From IMG/VR virus record IMGVR_UViG_3300046517_000355, positions 7,672 through 71,671 of that record: 64,000 nt of DNA; one strand, given 5' to 3'. Of the stretch, positions 51,725-62,130 are shown piece by piece. Made by a program: the position numbers and the translations under genes. Every line of letters starts with the position of its first letter. Position 1 is the first letter of the stretch. A model generated the notes under the pieces. It was not told where the DNA came from and did no database searches. It saw nothing but the letters and a program-made list of their open reading frames with translations. The stretch comes from a virus.

Positions 51725-54700
51725 TTATCGAGTGGTCTCCCTTATAAAGTCTCCAACGAAGCCATCGAAGCCAGTCTGTCTGACGTGGATCGACATCTTG
51801 CGTGCGATGGTCCCTGGTCGTGATCTCTGGACGATAGCATCGGCTGCCTTGTCGTCTCCTACGAGCACGAACAATTGATTTGCCTCTTGGCTGCCTCCAT
51901 TCTGTGTCGGCGAACTGAGCGACATCGATCTCGATGCACTGCCTGTGAGAGGCACTGACGGCATTGATGCAGAACTGTATCCGCGAACGCCGGCTCTCTG
52001 CATCGCTCCTGCACCTCCGAGAGCGGCTACATCCCGCTGAGTTAGCACGAGTTCATCGTCACGAGTTGCGATCATTGCTCTCTCGCCTCCTTGGGAGCGC
52101 GACACAAAGTCGATGTTTCCTCCTGATGCGAAGGTCGGGACGAGAAGCTTGAAGCGTTCGCTCGCCGCATCACTCTCGTAGCCTGCGGACTGGATCTGAC
52201 TGATGATCCCATCGAGTTCGCGCACTGTCGCGACAGCGATGTTGCGCGTCTTCTTGTCTTTAAGTGCCCCGACTTGCGTCAGGTAGTCTGCTCTGATCGC
52301 TTGAGCATTCGCGAGAGCCGTCGCGCTGTCGATGCGACCTCCTCGCAGATCGTCGAGTATCGATGTGAGCTTCGACTTAGAATCTGTCAGGATCGCCGTG
52401 CGCTGTTTTTCTTCCGTCTTTCTGAGCTTGTCGCGTCCGAGCAACCAAGCTCCGATGATCAGCGGCACTGCGACTGCGGCAAGGATGCCTGTCGCGGCGA
52501 GCGTGCCGCCCAAAGCACCGACAAGGCCGCCAATAATGCCGCCTGAGGCGCCGATCGCTCCTGTGCCGATGCCGACTGCGAGTCCGCCAGCGAGTCCGCC
52601 AATGCCGCCGAGGATGTTTCCTGTGATCGAGCTTCCGCCGACTTGAGAACCAAGAGCGAGTCCGAGCAGAGGCGCCGCTTGCCCAAGACCTTTGCCGAGT
52701 TGACCGAGCGAGCCGCCTCCGAATATCTGTGAGAGCAGTCCGCCACCTGCGCCGACTCCTGCTCGTGCGGCGCCGCCCACAGCGCTTCCTCCTGCGCCGG
52801 AGATCGATGTAGATGAAAGAGACGGACCGCCGAGTCCGAGCAGAGCTTGCACTGAAGGAGCGGCAAAGGGATTGCCTCCGTGCCCAAGCGCGCCGCCCAA
52901 GAAGCCGCCGCCTGTCGAGCCTCCTCCTGATGGAGCGAAGAAGTTACCGACGAAGGGCGGCGTTCCTCCGACTGTCCCATTCGAGAAGATGCCTCCAGAC
53001 GATGCGGATCCGCCGCCACCTATCGCTTGTAGCAGTCCGCTCAGAAAACCTCCTCCACCGCCTCCAGAGCCTCCTGCTGATGCGGATCCGCCTCCTTGCT
53101 GGTTCAATCCGAACAGTGAAAGGAAGAATTTGTTCAAAGATGCCTTGATCAGCGTCGAGAGGAGGTCTTTTAGGATGCTTCCGACGGCGCCAAGTTTCTG
53201 CGTCACTTTGTCGAGTCCTTTGTCGATCAAGCTGTATGTGCCTTGGATGACGCCGATCTTCGCGTCTGCGACTGCATCCGTGACGGTCTTTTGCTGTGCA
53301 AGGAATTCGAGCACCTTCGCATTAGCCTGATCCGAGTGATAGATCGTCGCATCTGCGATCTTAACCTGCGACGCGATCATTGACTCGCGCGCCGCGATGT
53401 CTGCCTCCTTGACCGCATCGAGAGCCTTCAGCCATGCGTCTTCATATCGAGCCGCTTCATCTTGAGCACGGTTACCGATGTCGTTCGGATCGACAGAGAA
53501 CAGCTTGCGGCGAAGATCGAGGATCTCCTGCTGGACTTGAATCGCTTTGCTTGCTCGCTCTGAGTCTTCACGAGCACTCTCTTTTCCGAGAGCAGTAGGA
53601 TTCCCTACTCGAAGCTGGTTGAGGAATTCGATTGTCGCTTTCGTGCGACCGATCACATCATCCACATCGTTGATCGCATTGCGCTCGCGCTTATATGCAA
53701 GCTCGATCTTGTCCGCAGACTGCTCGGCGGCGTGCGCGAAGTCGTCGTCAAGGAGATTCAGTTCGATGGCTATCGCGCGAGCTTGAGTCAGCCGCCTCAC
53801 CTGGTTGTCAGATCGAGCGGCTTCGACATCTTTGTCGAGGTCGATCAGCCCTGCCTTGAGCAGAGCTTCATTTGCCAAAATGCGTTTGTTCGCGTCGGCT
53901 GTCGCTTTCTCTCGCGCCGCGAGTGCCGCAAGGTTCGCATTCTGCGTGATCAGTTCGCGCGCATTGACGCCAGCTTGCTTCGTCGAGACAGTGACGATGC
54001 CTTGCTCCTCAGGAACTTGATCTTGTGGAACCTGCACGCCGCCGACAGTCACGACTGGCAAGCTCGCTGTGTAGGCATTATTCTTCGGGAGCTTCTTGAT
54101 CCAGTCAGGCGTCGATCCTTTGATCGGTCCCATCTTCAGATTCGAGCCAGCGACACGCTGACCAGTCGTCGCGTCGATGAAGCTGTCAGAGTTCGTTGTC
54201 GCCGCAGGAGTCCCGCCGCCGAAGTGATTCGCGATCTTCTGCACATCCGACATGATCGATGTCGTGTTGCTCGCTATCGTCTGGATCTCTGTCGGCGTCT
54301 GGATGTCTTTGAGGCTGATCTGAGACTCGATCTTCGCCTGAATATCTCCTTCGTTGCCTGCGAGTATGAGGTTGAATAGCTTGTTGGACTCAAGCTCTTT
54401 GTTCAACGTCTCATTCTCCTTGAGCAAGTTGAGCCGCAGGTCCTGATAGGCACGGAACGTCGTCGCCGTTTCGTCACGAATGCGGTCTTGCCTGAGCTTC
54501 GACTGCACGATCACGTCCGCAGTGAGTTGCTGGTCAGAGTTCGCGAGATCGCGCACGGCTTTCGAGTATCCGATCGCGGCACGAGTTGCGGCGTCGACCA
54601 CAGGAAGGTTCTGCGTCTGAAGTGCTATGGCAAGATCCTTCTCTGCATCCAATTGCTCATTCGTCGCCTTAGTGACAGCTTCTTTCACATCGACCAGCCG

Positions 54701-56929
54701 CTTCAATCTTTCGATCTCCTGATCGAGAGCTTGAGCACCTTGAGGAAAGCCTCCGTCGAGCGGAAGCGCCAGTTCGCGGCGAAGCGTGATGATCTTTTCG
54801 AAGTCAGCCTTCGTCCGAGATAGGTCTTCTTTTTGGAATCGAAGTTGAAATTCTTTCGATGTAAGATCCTGAAAGGATGCGATCTCTGCATTGAGCCGAG
54901 CGACATCATCAGTCAACTTCTGGAATTCCGTCTTCTCTGATCTGCGCTGACTGGGAAAGAGCAGGTCTTCAATCGCCTTCTTCGCATCTTTCGAAAGCTT
55001 CTCTGCATCGACCAATGCCTTTAACTGAGGCGAAAGATTCTGCGCGAAGCGAGCCGCGGCTGCCTTTGGATTCTCACCCGGCCCGACGCCAGCCTCCGTG
55101 AATTCAGCGAGAGCACGATCAATGATCTTGCGGCGCTCAGAGCTTCGCTCGACCACGTCGGTCAGTTCGTTGTATTTATCGATCATCTGATCGATCTGTG
55201 AAAGATTTTTCTCGCCTTGATCGTGGTTGTCCTTCTGGGATCCAGTCAGGTCGATATATTTCTTTTTAAGGTCCTCGACTGAGAGCGAGAGATCACCGTG
55301 AGCTTTGGCATTTTCGAGCGCCTTGTCCGCAGTGACGCCTGTGATCTGGCTGTACCTACTGAGAGCAGATGCCGCCTCTGCCAGTCGCTTCTGATTTTCG
55401 TCGATCTCGCCATTCACCTTCGTGAAGATTTGCAGGTTGATCGCCTTGAGTTGCGGATCGTCGCTCGCGTTATAGAGTTGCTGGGCCTGCGTTCGCAATT
55501 CAGTCAGATCGATGTTTTGCTGTAAAGCCGCATTAAGCTCCTTTGCTCGCGAGATTCCTTCTGTCTCGATTGCCAATTGATCTGAGGCGAGAAGGTTCGC
55601 CCGTTCTGCGACAAGTTGCTTCGTCTGCTCTGTCTCGCTTTCGAGGATCGAGACGCGCGCCTTTGCAACAGGATTCAGGTCTTTGTAAATCTCAGCAAGT
55701 CTCTTTTGCTGATCAGCATTTTCGACGACGCCGTCCGTCAGAGTATTCAAGAATTCCGCTTCTTTCGTGAGCGCGTTCGAGTGCTCGACAGTCGTCTTCA
55801 ATTGATCGTCGGTGAGTGGCTTCAGTTCATTCGCCTGAGCAATATATTTACCTACCGCATAAGTGACGCCTGCGAGCACTGCGATCAAGGCGACCCAACC
55901 TGCGGTCGCCAAGGCGATCTCTCCTACAGTGCCTGCGGCTATCACGAGGTTAAGGTTGGTCATCAAAAATGCGAGATTCGCCACACTTTCGATCAATGTT
56001 CCAAGTATAGGAAGAGATGCGATCTGTGCCGTGTTCATTGCTATGATCGCGACAGTGAACAGCGCGACGCCAGCCGTCGCGGCGACGAACGCTTCCGGCG
56101 CGGCTGTGAAAATCTGTAAAAACTTCGTGAAGACCACTACGGCGACGCCTAGGATAGGAATGAACTGTCCGCCAACGGCATCCATGAAGTCCTGCTGGAT
56201 GCGTTCGAGTGAGCGCATCTGCTTTGCTGTCGTATCCATTGCGAGACCGTATAGACCCGTCGCTCGTGTGCCGAATTCGAGAATGCCATTGAGGACGGCG
56301 AGTTGCTTTTCTTCTGTCGTCAGTTCGAGCACGGACTTGCCGTGCTGTTCTGCCCATGCTTTCTCTGCATCCTTCGCTTGCACATAGACGCCGCCAGTGC
56401 GGAGCACGCGGTTGTTTAATGTCGTGATACCGACGATCAGTCTTTGAAATTCCTCAGAAGACGACACGCCTGCGATCACGGCGAGATCCTTTGCGACGTT
56501 TGCCAGAGGTGTCGCTTTCTCAAGTGGGAGCCCTGCCGCGATGTACTGAGAGAGAACTTGTCGAGCCGTCTGCGTCGCGATGTTCGCATCCTTCAGCGAC
56601 TTCTCGACCTCTTTGATCGACGATGCGGCGATGTTGTTCACCTTTGAGAGCCCAGTCAGAGCGACGCCAAGCTCCTCAGTGCGTGCGGCGAATTTCGTCA
56701 TCTCCAAAAAGCCTGACGTTAGATTCGACGCGAACGCATCGACAGCATCCTTCGCGAGTCCTGCGAAGAAGTTCGCACCAAAGAAGGTCGAGAAAGACAG
56801 CGCCGAAGCTTGCGCTGTCTGTGTGGCGACCTTCGTGATCTGGTTCATCTGAGTCGTGTAGGCATTGACGCCTTGATTGACGCCTTGCGAATTGACTGAG
56901 ATGTTGACGACTACCTGGTATGCATTCAT
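51725..56929 (-). CDS. Tape measure protein
   Basis: 1734 aa, Ala/Leu-rich helical with TM-like segments and Gly-rich C-terminus; canonical position. Confidence 0.9.
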   Translation of the reverse strand: MNAYQVVVNISVNSQGVNQGVNAYTTQMNQITKVATQTAQASALSFSTFFGANFFAGLAKDAVDAFASNLTSGFLEMTKFAARTEELGVALTGLSKVNNIAASSIKEVEKSLKDANIATQTARQVLSQYIAAGLPLEKATPLANVAKDLAVIAGVSSSEEFQRLIVGITTLNNRVLRTGGVYVQAKDAEKAWAEQHGKSVLELTTEEKQLAVLNGILEFGTRATGLYGLAMDTTAKQMRSLERIQQDFMDAVGGQFIPILGVAVVVFTKFLQIFTAAPEAFVAATAGVALFTVAIIAMNTAQIASLPILGTLIESVANLAFLMTNLNLVIAAGTVGEIALATAGWVALIAVLAGVTYAVGKYIAQANELKPLTDDQLKTTVEHSNALTKEAEFLNTLTDGVVENADQQKRLAEIYKDLNPVAKARVSILESETEQTKQLVAERANLLASDQLAIETEGISRAKELNAALQQNIDLTELRTQAQQLYNASDDPQLKAINLQIFTKVNGEIDENQKRLAEAASALSRYSQITGVTADKALENAKAHGDLSLSVEDLKKKYIDLTGSQKDNHDQGEKNLSQIDQMIDKYNELTDVVERSSERRKIIDRALAEFTEAGVGPGENPKAAAARFAQNLSPQLKALVDAEKLSKDAKKAIEDLLFPSQRRSEKTEFQKLTDDVARLNAEIASFQDLTSKEFQLRFQKEDLSRTKADFEKIITLRRELALPLDGGFPQGAQALDQEIERLKRLVDVKEAVTKATNEQLDAEKDLAIALQTQNLPVVDAATRAAIGYSKAVRDLANSDQQLTADVIVQSKLRQDRIRDETATTFRAYQDLRLNLLKENETLNKELESNKLFNLILAGNEGDIQAKIESQISLKDIQTPTEIQTIASNTTSIMSDVQKIANHFGGGTPAATTNSDSFIDATTGQRVAGSNLKMGPIKGSTPDWIKKLPKNNAYTASLPVVTVGGVQVPQDQVPEEQGIVTVSTKQAGVNARELITQNANLAALAAREKATADANKRILANEALLKAGLIDLDKDVEAARSDNQVRRLTQARAIAIELNLLDDDFAHAAEQSADKIELAYKRERNAINDVDDVIGRTKATIEFLNQLRVGNPTALGKESAREDSERASKAIQVQQEILDLRRKLFSVDPNDIGNRAQDEAARYEDAWLKALDAVKEADIAARESMIASQVKIADATIYHSDQANAKVLEFLAQQKTVTDAVADAKIGVIQGTYSLIDKGLDKVTQKLGAVGSILKDLLSTLIKASLNKFFLSLFGLNQQGGGSASAGGSGGGGGGFLSGLLQAIGGGGSASSGGIFSNGTVGGTPPFVGNFFAPSGGGSTGGGFLGGALGHGGNPFAAPSVQALLGLGGPSLSSTSISGAGGSAVGGAARAGVGAGGGLLSQIFGGGSLGQLGKGLGQAAPLLGLALGSQVGGSSITGNILGGIGGLAGGLAVGIGTGAIGASGGIIGGLVGALGGTLAATGILAAVAVPLIIGAWLLGRDKLRKTEEKQRTAILTDSKSKLTSILDDLRGGRIDSATALANAQAIRADYLTQVGALKDKKTRNIAVATVRELDGIISQIQSAGYESDAASERFKLLVPTFASGGNIDFVSRSQGGERAMIATRDDELVLTQRDVAALGGAGAMQRAGVRGYSSASMPSVPLTGSASRSMSLSSPTQNGGSQEANQLFVLVGDDKAADAIVQRSRPGTIARKMSIHVRQTGFDGFVGDFIRETTR

Positions 56930-56933
56930 CCGT

Positions 56934-57527
56934 TTACCATCCTGATGCTTGTCGAATTAGATCAGCTTTCTTCTTCGCGTCGTCGCGCTTCTTATTCCTA
57001 CGAGCCTGCGCTTCGTACATCTCACGCTTCTGGTCGTCAGTCCACTTGAATGCGAGAGAGTCACCGCTTTCCCAACCACGACCAGGCTGGTTCTTAGGCG
57101 CATTCTTCTCGCGATCTGCATCTTGATCTTCATCGCGTTTGATCTGGACGATCCGCTCCGCTCGGTTGAAATACCGAAATGCATCAAGCTCCCACTGTGC
57201 GAAGTCTCGATCTCTGACTGGAAGCCCGTCTGCAACTCTCTCCTTGATCCTGAGAGCGGCTTCGAGCAGAGCTTCGTATGGCTTAGGCACCGACGCTGGC
57301 TTCGTGAAGTAAAGCACGCATTTGCCTTCGTCAGGACGGCAGTATTCGTAGAGAGTTGTGTTTCTCTGGAAACAGATACCTCCTGACGTGCAAATTTCTT
57401 CACCTGGGCATTCTTCATCGAGTTTGAGCTTGTCGAGTGATGTCTTGCGCTTCGTGCAATAATCCTCGAACGATTCGAACGGCTCTGCCGCTTCGAAAAG
57501 CGACTTGTCCTCATCTTTTGAGAAAGT
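56934..57527 (-). CDS. Tail assembly chaperone T-like frame (no start codon for 70 codons; probable frameshift product)
   Basis: Open +1 frame SKDEDKSLFEAAEPF...ECPGEEIC...CVLYFTKP overlapping the end of the G gene. Confidence 0.65.
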   Translation of the reverse strand, partial: TFSKDEDKSLFEAAEPFESFEDYCTKRKTSLDKLKLDEECPGEEICTSGGICFQRNTTLYEYCRPDEGKCVLYFTKPASVPKPYEALLEAALRIKERVADGLPVRDRDFAQWELDAFRYFNRAERIVQIKRDEDQDADREKNAPKNQPGRGWESGDSLAFKWTDDQKREMYEAQARRNKKRDDAKKKADLIRQASGW

Positions 57528-58476
57528 TCATGTAAATGAACACCGCGTCAGTCTTCAGCCTAGGAGCGATCTTTTCAAGTCTCGAATCTCCCTTGCTGAT
57601 CTGAAGCACCTCCTTCCCATCGACGCTTCCACCTTGCACGCAATTGATCAGGCGATCATAAAGGCTTGCGGCAGCCTCGACATTCAGCGTCGATCTCGAT
57701 TCCGGTTGCTGACCTTGCTGTCTGATGCGAGTCTTCGATGTCTCGCACTTGCTGAAGTCAGCGAGATCCTTCGCGCTCGCTTCGTCGAAGTGATGCGCGA
57801 CGACTTGCGACGGCTTCTTGAGATCGCCGTTTTCATCGCGCTCGATGCCGAACATCTGCTTGACAATGTATTCACGCTTTGCCTTGATCGACTTCATGCG
57901 TCTGCCTTTCTCGCTGATGACGTAATTCTGCGACGCATAGACCATCGCCGCGACTTTGATCTTGTCCGCATCGGGAATGAATTCGATCAGCGTGCGTGCC
58001 GGCTCAGGATCACGATCAGAGTCTTCTGACCGCACTTCTGCCTCTTCGACGATCCGCTTCACATCTTCCCAGTGCTCGCCATTGTCGTCATCGTCGATCG
58101 GATAGCCCCAGACTTCGATCACTAGCGAGTCATAGAAACGTCGGAGAGCGTTCGACGGCTCTCGATCAGATTGCACGAGATCATCGCCTTCGAAGCGTCC
58201 TGCGTTCGATCTGATCGTCGGAGCCATGGCCTCTTTGCGAATTTCATCGACGATCTCTGGCATCTTCAGCTTGTGTTTATACTTCACGCCGAAGACATCG
58301 ATCTCGAAGACGTGCTCGCGTTCGTCAAAACGAAAGAGCTTCAGATCAGCGATGTCGCTGAGCCGGTGCTCCTCAATTGCCTTGTCGAGGTCCTTTTGAA
58401 ATGCACCCAAGGCGCTCTCCTCGCGAAGTTGTTTCTCTTCCGAGGATTCATCTGTCTGCATTGCTGTTCCTTCCAT
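57511..58476 (-). CDS. Tail assembly chaperone G-like protein
   Basis: Acidic; between tail tube and tape measure; SD AAGGAGAACCAACAC. Confidence 0.7.
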   Translation of the reverse strand: MEGTAMQTDESSEEKQLREESALGAFQKDLDKAIEEHRLSDIADLKLFRFDEREHVFEIDVFGVKYKHKLKMPEIVDEIRKEAMAPTIRSNAGRFEGDDLVQSDREPSNALRRFYDSLVIEVWGYPIDDDDNGEHWEDVKRIVEEAEVRSEDSDRDPEPARTLIEFIPDADKIKVAAMVYASQNYVISEKGRRMKSIKAKREYIVKQMFGIERDENGDLKKPSQVVAHHFDEASAKDLADFSKCETSKTRIRQQGQQPESRSTLNVEAAASLYDRLINCVQGGSVDGKEVLQISKGDSRLEKIAPRLKTDAVFIYMNFLKR

Positions 58477-58503
58477 TGTGTTGGTTCTCCTTTACTTTTA
58501 ATC

Positions 58504-58544
58504 AAAAAGGACCACTGTCACGAATGTCCGTGAACAGTGATCCT
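58504..58544 (-). terminator. Putative terminator after the tail tube region
   Basis: Imperfect hairpin AGGATCACTGTTCACG/CGTGACAGTGGTCCT followed by a T run on the minus strand. Confidence 0.55.
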
Positions 58545-58577
58545 CGTATGCCCTACGGGAGGAGGTTCTGTTATCTG

Positions 58578-59033
58578 TTAGCTGGCTCCGCCTGAGGAGC
58601 CGCCTGATGGTGCAGAACCTGTTCCGCTTGAGCTTGCTGAAGGCGCCGTGGCGCCGGAGGGTGCTCCTGTCGAAGGAGCAGCGCTTGGTCCTGTCGAGGT
58701 GCCGCCGTTCGAAGCACTCTCCGCAGGGGCGGGAGCAGGCTCAGGAGGTTTGTTCGCTTCGAAGTCAGAGACGACTTGCTCTCGCACCTTGACGCTCTCC
58801 TCGAAGCGTTCCTGCATGCCGTCAGGAGACATGCCACTCGCGAGTTCGACATTGTGCTCGTGGCTGTCGATCTCTCGCTGATAAACACGATCACCGAGGA
58901 TCGAACGACGCTCCTCTTGCCTTTGCTTTGCGAGATCGTCCTCTTCAGGCTTGAACGTCGCATTTGGAGGCAAGGTCATCGCCTCTGCTTGCTGAAGGAT
59001 GTCTTCAGCCTGTTTCTTGATCTGATCTGCCAT
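58578..59033 (-). CDS. Hypothetical protein with Ala/Ser/Gly/Pro low-complexity tail
   Basis: SD GAGGTG. Confidence 0.65.
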   Translation of the reverse strand: MADQIKKQAEDILQQAEAMTLPPNATFKPEEDDLAKQRQEERRSILGDRVYQREIDSHEHNVELASGMSPDGMQERFEESVKVREQVVSDFEANKPPEPAPAPAESASNGGTSTGPSAAPSTGAPSGATAPSASSSGTGSAPSGGSSGGAS

Positions 59034-59052
59034 CTTTATTCACCTCTCAAAA

Positions 59053-60192
59053 TTAAACTATCGCAGTCGCGACGTTATTGACAACATCGATCCTCACGAA
59101 GTCAGGATCTGTCGATGATCCGCTCGACACTGGAAACACAGCAACATCGACAAACTCGGCTCCGTTGTCTGAAGCTCTGCGCACGTTTCGGAAATACGCT
59201 TTGTCGAAAATGCAGTCAAACGTATTGCGAGCAGTGGTAGGAAGCGCCACGTCGAGAATGCTTCCGAAGAAGCGGCAGTGGAACGCCGTGATTATTTCAT
59301 CATTCAGCGCGGCGATCAGTTCGTCTGCCGTGTCTGTCGATTGTCCGACGCCTACGCGAAACTCACCTTGAGCAGTGCGGTTACCGTGTAGCAGGTAGGA
59401 GAGTATCCAGCCTGCCTTCGGATCCGCCGCGACAAGGCGCTTCGCACCTGCTCGGCGATCAGCGGTGTCGAGCGCGTTATTGACCACAGTCAAGCTGACC
59501 GACTTGAGCACTTGCGGCGCGGCGGCGTTCACCTTCGCGAGGAATTTAGTTCCCGCTACGTGCGTGTATTCAAGCTCAGTCTCTGCTCCGTCACAGATCG
59601 CGGCAGTGTTGTCAACGGGAACGGTCGGCGAGCCGAAGCCGCCGATCGACGCCACTTTGATGTAGCCGCCAGAGCCGATTGCATCGACTGTGATCTGCGG
59701 CGTGTCGGCACCTGTCTGCGCGACTTGCATCTGTGACACGCAAACTCCGGTATAAAGGTAATCAAGGTTTCCATTCGACGCGATGACCGACGAAGACGGA
59801 AGCTGTCTGCCGGCGGCAGTATGGTTCCCAAGCAGTGCGAAGTGATGCTTGAATGCGAGTCCGGCAGAGATGATGTCGCCTCCGGCGGGCGTCGGATCTG
59901 CTTTGCCAAGCGCACGTCGAGCGAACTTCGACCAGATGCCTGTATCGACATCGCTCGCGAACTGAAAAGATGGCGGCGACACGAAGCCAGATCGCTGGAC
60001 TGTCGCGCCCTCTTGCTGAAGTCCAATGAAGCCGGTGTTGTCGAATTTCTCCTTGTCAGGATTCGGCAATGTCGCGCTTCTGCAATAGAAATACGAGTAA
60101 AGCGAAGCCGTCGCCGGATTAGTGTTATATGACGCTTCCACGGCTGTCGAAATTCCTAGAATTTCGTCTTGTGTCAGTGGTTCAAACCCCAT
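59053..60192 (-). CDS. Major tail tube protein
   Basis: 379 aa, beta-rich; LPS...Y.G..V pattern; position. Confidence 0.8.
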   Translation of the reverse strand: MGFEPLTQDEILGISTAVEASYNTNPATASLYSYFYCRSATLPNPDKEKFDNTGFIGLQQEGATVQRSGFVSPPSFQFASDVDTGIWSKFARRALGKADPTPAGGDIISAGLAFKHHFALLGNHTAAGRQLPSSSVIASNGNLDYLYTGVCVSQMQVAQTGADTPQITVDAIGSGGYIKVASIGGFGSPTVPVDNTAAICDGAETELEYTHVAGTKFLAKVNAAAPQVLKSVSLTVVNNALDTADRRAGAKRLVAADPKAGWILSYLLHGNRTAQGEFRVGVGQSTDTADELIAALNDEIITAFHCRFFGSILDVALPTTARNTFDCIFDKAYFRNVRRASDNGAEFVDVAVFPVSSGSSTDPDFVRIDVVNNVATAIV

Positions 60193-60216
60193 AGTTATTC
60201 TCCTTTCTTAAAGTTT

Positions 60217-60780
60217 CTAGCGTCGTATGACGACCCCTATACTGCATTGCGCGACTACCACGTCATTGCCTTCAGAGAATGCGTGGACGTCGATGTTGTT
60301 AATTTGAAGCGGCCTGACGTGTCTGATCTCGACCGGCTTCGGATCAAAAAACATATTATTGCCATTTGCCTTGAGCAGATCAGCGATGTCTTCGCACTCT
60401 TTCTCCGCAGTCTCAAGCGACGGCTCAAGGTTCGTCGCCGTATCGCCTATGCGATAGTCCCAAAAGCCCCACATGTCGAATGTCACGAGACGATCACCAA
60501 CAGCGCTTCCGAGTCCTATAAACGGAAAGTTCCCCTCCTGATTGGTCATCGTCTCGATCTTCTGACTGCCAACCATCCACGCATGGATGCGGTTCGTCGC
60601 TTCGACAGTCAAAAGCGCGACAGTCTTGCCGAGATCAGTGCGAAGCACCCATTCAGGATAGACATTCGCAGGATTCGACGCACGTACCGCCGCGGCTTGC
60701 GCGATCACTGCGAGGTTGTTTCTGATCGCGGCGAGCGTCAGACGACCTGAAGGCTGGTATGGCGGTATGACTGGCGGCAT
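60217..60780 (-). CDS. Tail terminator/completion protein
   Basis: Position and size. Confidence 0.6.
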   Translation of the reverse strand: MPPVIPPYQPSGRLTLAAIRNNLAVIAQAAAVRASNPANVYPEWVLRTDLGKTVALLTVEATNRIHAWMVGSQKIETMTNQEGNFPFIGLGSAVGDRLVTFDMWGFWDYRIGDTATNLEPSLETAEKECEDIADLLKANGNNMFFDPKPVEIRHVRPLQINNIDVHAFSEGNDVVVAQCSIGVVIRR

Positions 60781-61340
60781 TACTTGAAAATATCCTTCGA
60801 GAAATTTATTCCTAGAACTTCAATGGCACTCTGCCACGCTGTCTCGCTTGCTTTGACTGCCCTGATCTGCACCTCGCGTGGCTTTATGCCTCGGCGTCCT
60901 ATTGCGAGAGCGATCGGCATCCACAGCGCTCGACGAATGCCGAGAGCGAGAAACCATTGCACGAGTCCATCGACAGGCTCGAACCACTTCGAGACTCGAC
61001 CAGACGGCGATGTCTTCGTGCCGAGATACTTGATCGGAGCTTTCCCAGGCTTGCGTCCGAACTGAATGAAGATGATCGATCTCAGAGAGACGACTTGCCT
61101 GATGATCATGCCTCTGGACGGGCTTTCGAGCACCATCTGGTCTTGCACACTGCGGATCGTCGAGCCTGTTGCAATCGCGCCTACGCCTGCGATAGAGAGC
61201 TTCAGGTTGTTCTGGTAAGCCTCGCTCATACGCTTCGCCATAGGTACGGCAAACTTGAATAGGGTTTGCTGGATGCGCACAGGATCAGGATTGATCGCTT
61301 GTGGCGTCGGGCTCGTGACTGTGAAGCTCTGCGAGATCAT
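60780..61340 (-). CDS. Neck protein (HK97 gp10-like)
   Basis: ATGSTIRSV, QFGRKPG, IGRRGIKPR. Confidence 0.7.
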   Translation of the reverse strand: MISQSFTVTSPTPQAINPDPVRIQQTLFKFAVPMAKRMSEAYQNNLKLSIAGVGAIATGSTIRSVQDQMVLESPSRGMIIRQVVSLRSIIFIQFGRKPGKAPIKYLGTKTSPSGRVSKWFEPVDGLVQWFLALGIRRALWMPIALAIGRRGIKPREVQIRAVKASETAWQSAIEVLGINFSKDIFK

Positions 61341-61699
61341 GCTGTGATCGGTGTCCTCTCGTTTTTGATCATGACGACTGTGCCGAAGCCGAAGATCGTT
61401 TCATATTGCGGCGTCGTTCGTTTGTCTTCGAAGCGGTACCGCGTCGTGCGTCCTCTGACTTGCAGATCGATGACTGAAGCGCTCTCGAATGCCGCGAGCT
61501 TTTCATCTGAATCGAGTCTGACCGTGATCTTGTCGGCATACGCTCCAATCGCTGAGTCAAATTGCTTCGTGACTGTGAAGTCACTCGCGAGCGTCGCAGT
61601 CTCGACAAGAGATCGCTGGACGTCCTTCAAAAATGTCAATGTTGATCCTACTCCATGAAGCCTCAGCCGCATGAAGTTGAGATTCATGTTTTCTAGCAT
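61337..61699 (-). CDS. Head closure-like protein
   Basis: Position; start overlaps the upstream stop. Confidence 0.55.
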   Translation of the reverse strand: MLENMNLNFMRLRLHGVGSTLTFLKDVQRSLVETATLASDFTVTKQFDSAIGAYADKITVRLDSDEKLAAFESASVIDLQVRGRTTRYRFEDKRTTPQYETIFGFGTVVMIKNERTPITA

Positions 61700-62130
61700 G
61701 GCGGATCCCACCATCGCGTGCATGCAGGTGCGACGCTGAATTGACCAATCGTCGCGGCAACATCGAACGCTTCTCCGATCTCTGACGGATCGCCGTGCTC
61801 GCTGTCTAAGATCGCACCGTCTGCAAGAGCACAAAGCTCCTCAGCACGGGCGTCCCAATCTCTGCTCTTGATCGAATAGGTATATCCTGCATTCGATTCG
61901 CTGAGAAGTTGCTTGATCGAAGGTATCGCGAGATACGCCATCCGATAATAGACAGCGATGATCGCAAAAGTGTCTTCGTTGCCTGTGCGAACACCTACAT
62001 AGGCAAGTGCCGCATCTTTGTAGATCGGCAGATCAAGGACCGCGTCAGGAAGATCACTGTCCGTGAATGACACGTCAATGAGCTTCCTGACGGAATCGTA
62101 AGGTGCTGAGATTTTATCAGCGAGCGCCAT
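61693..62130 (-). CDS. Head-tail adaptor-like protein
   Basis: YDSVRKLI...LPDAVL; position after the capsid genes. Confidence 0.6.
   Translation of the reverse strand: MALADKISAPYDSVRKLIDVSFTDSDLPDAVLDLPIYKDAALAYVGVRTGNEDTFAIIAVYYRMAYLAIPSIKQLLSESNAGYTYSIKSRDWDARAEELCALADGAILDSEHGDPSEIGEAFDVAATIGQFSVAPACTRWWDPPC

Noticed and set aside
56957-57514. 185-aa ORF starting at the ATGA overlap after chaperone G
   Set aside because: Arg/Ser-rich off-frame composition; the overlapping +1 frame is more protein-like. Kept only as an alternative to test
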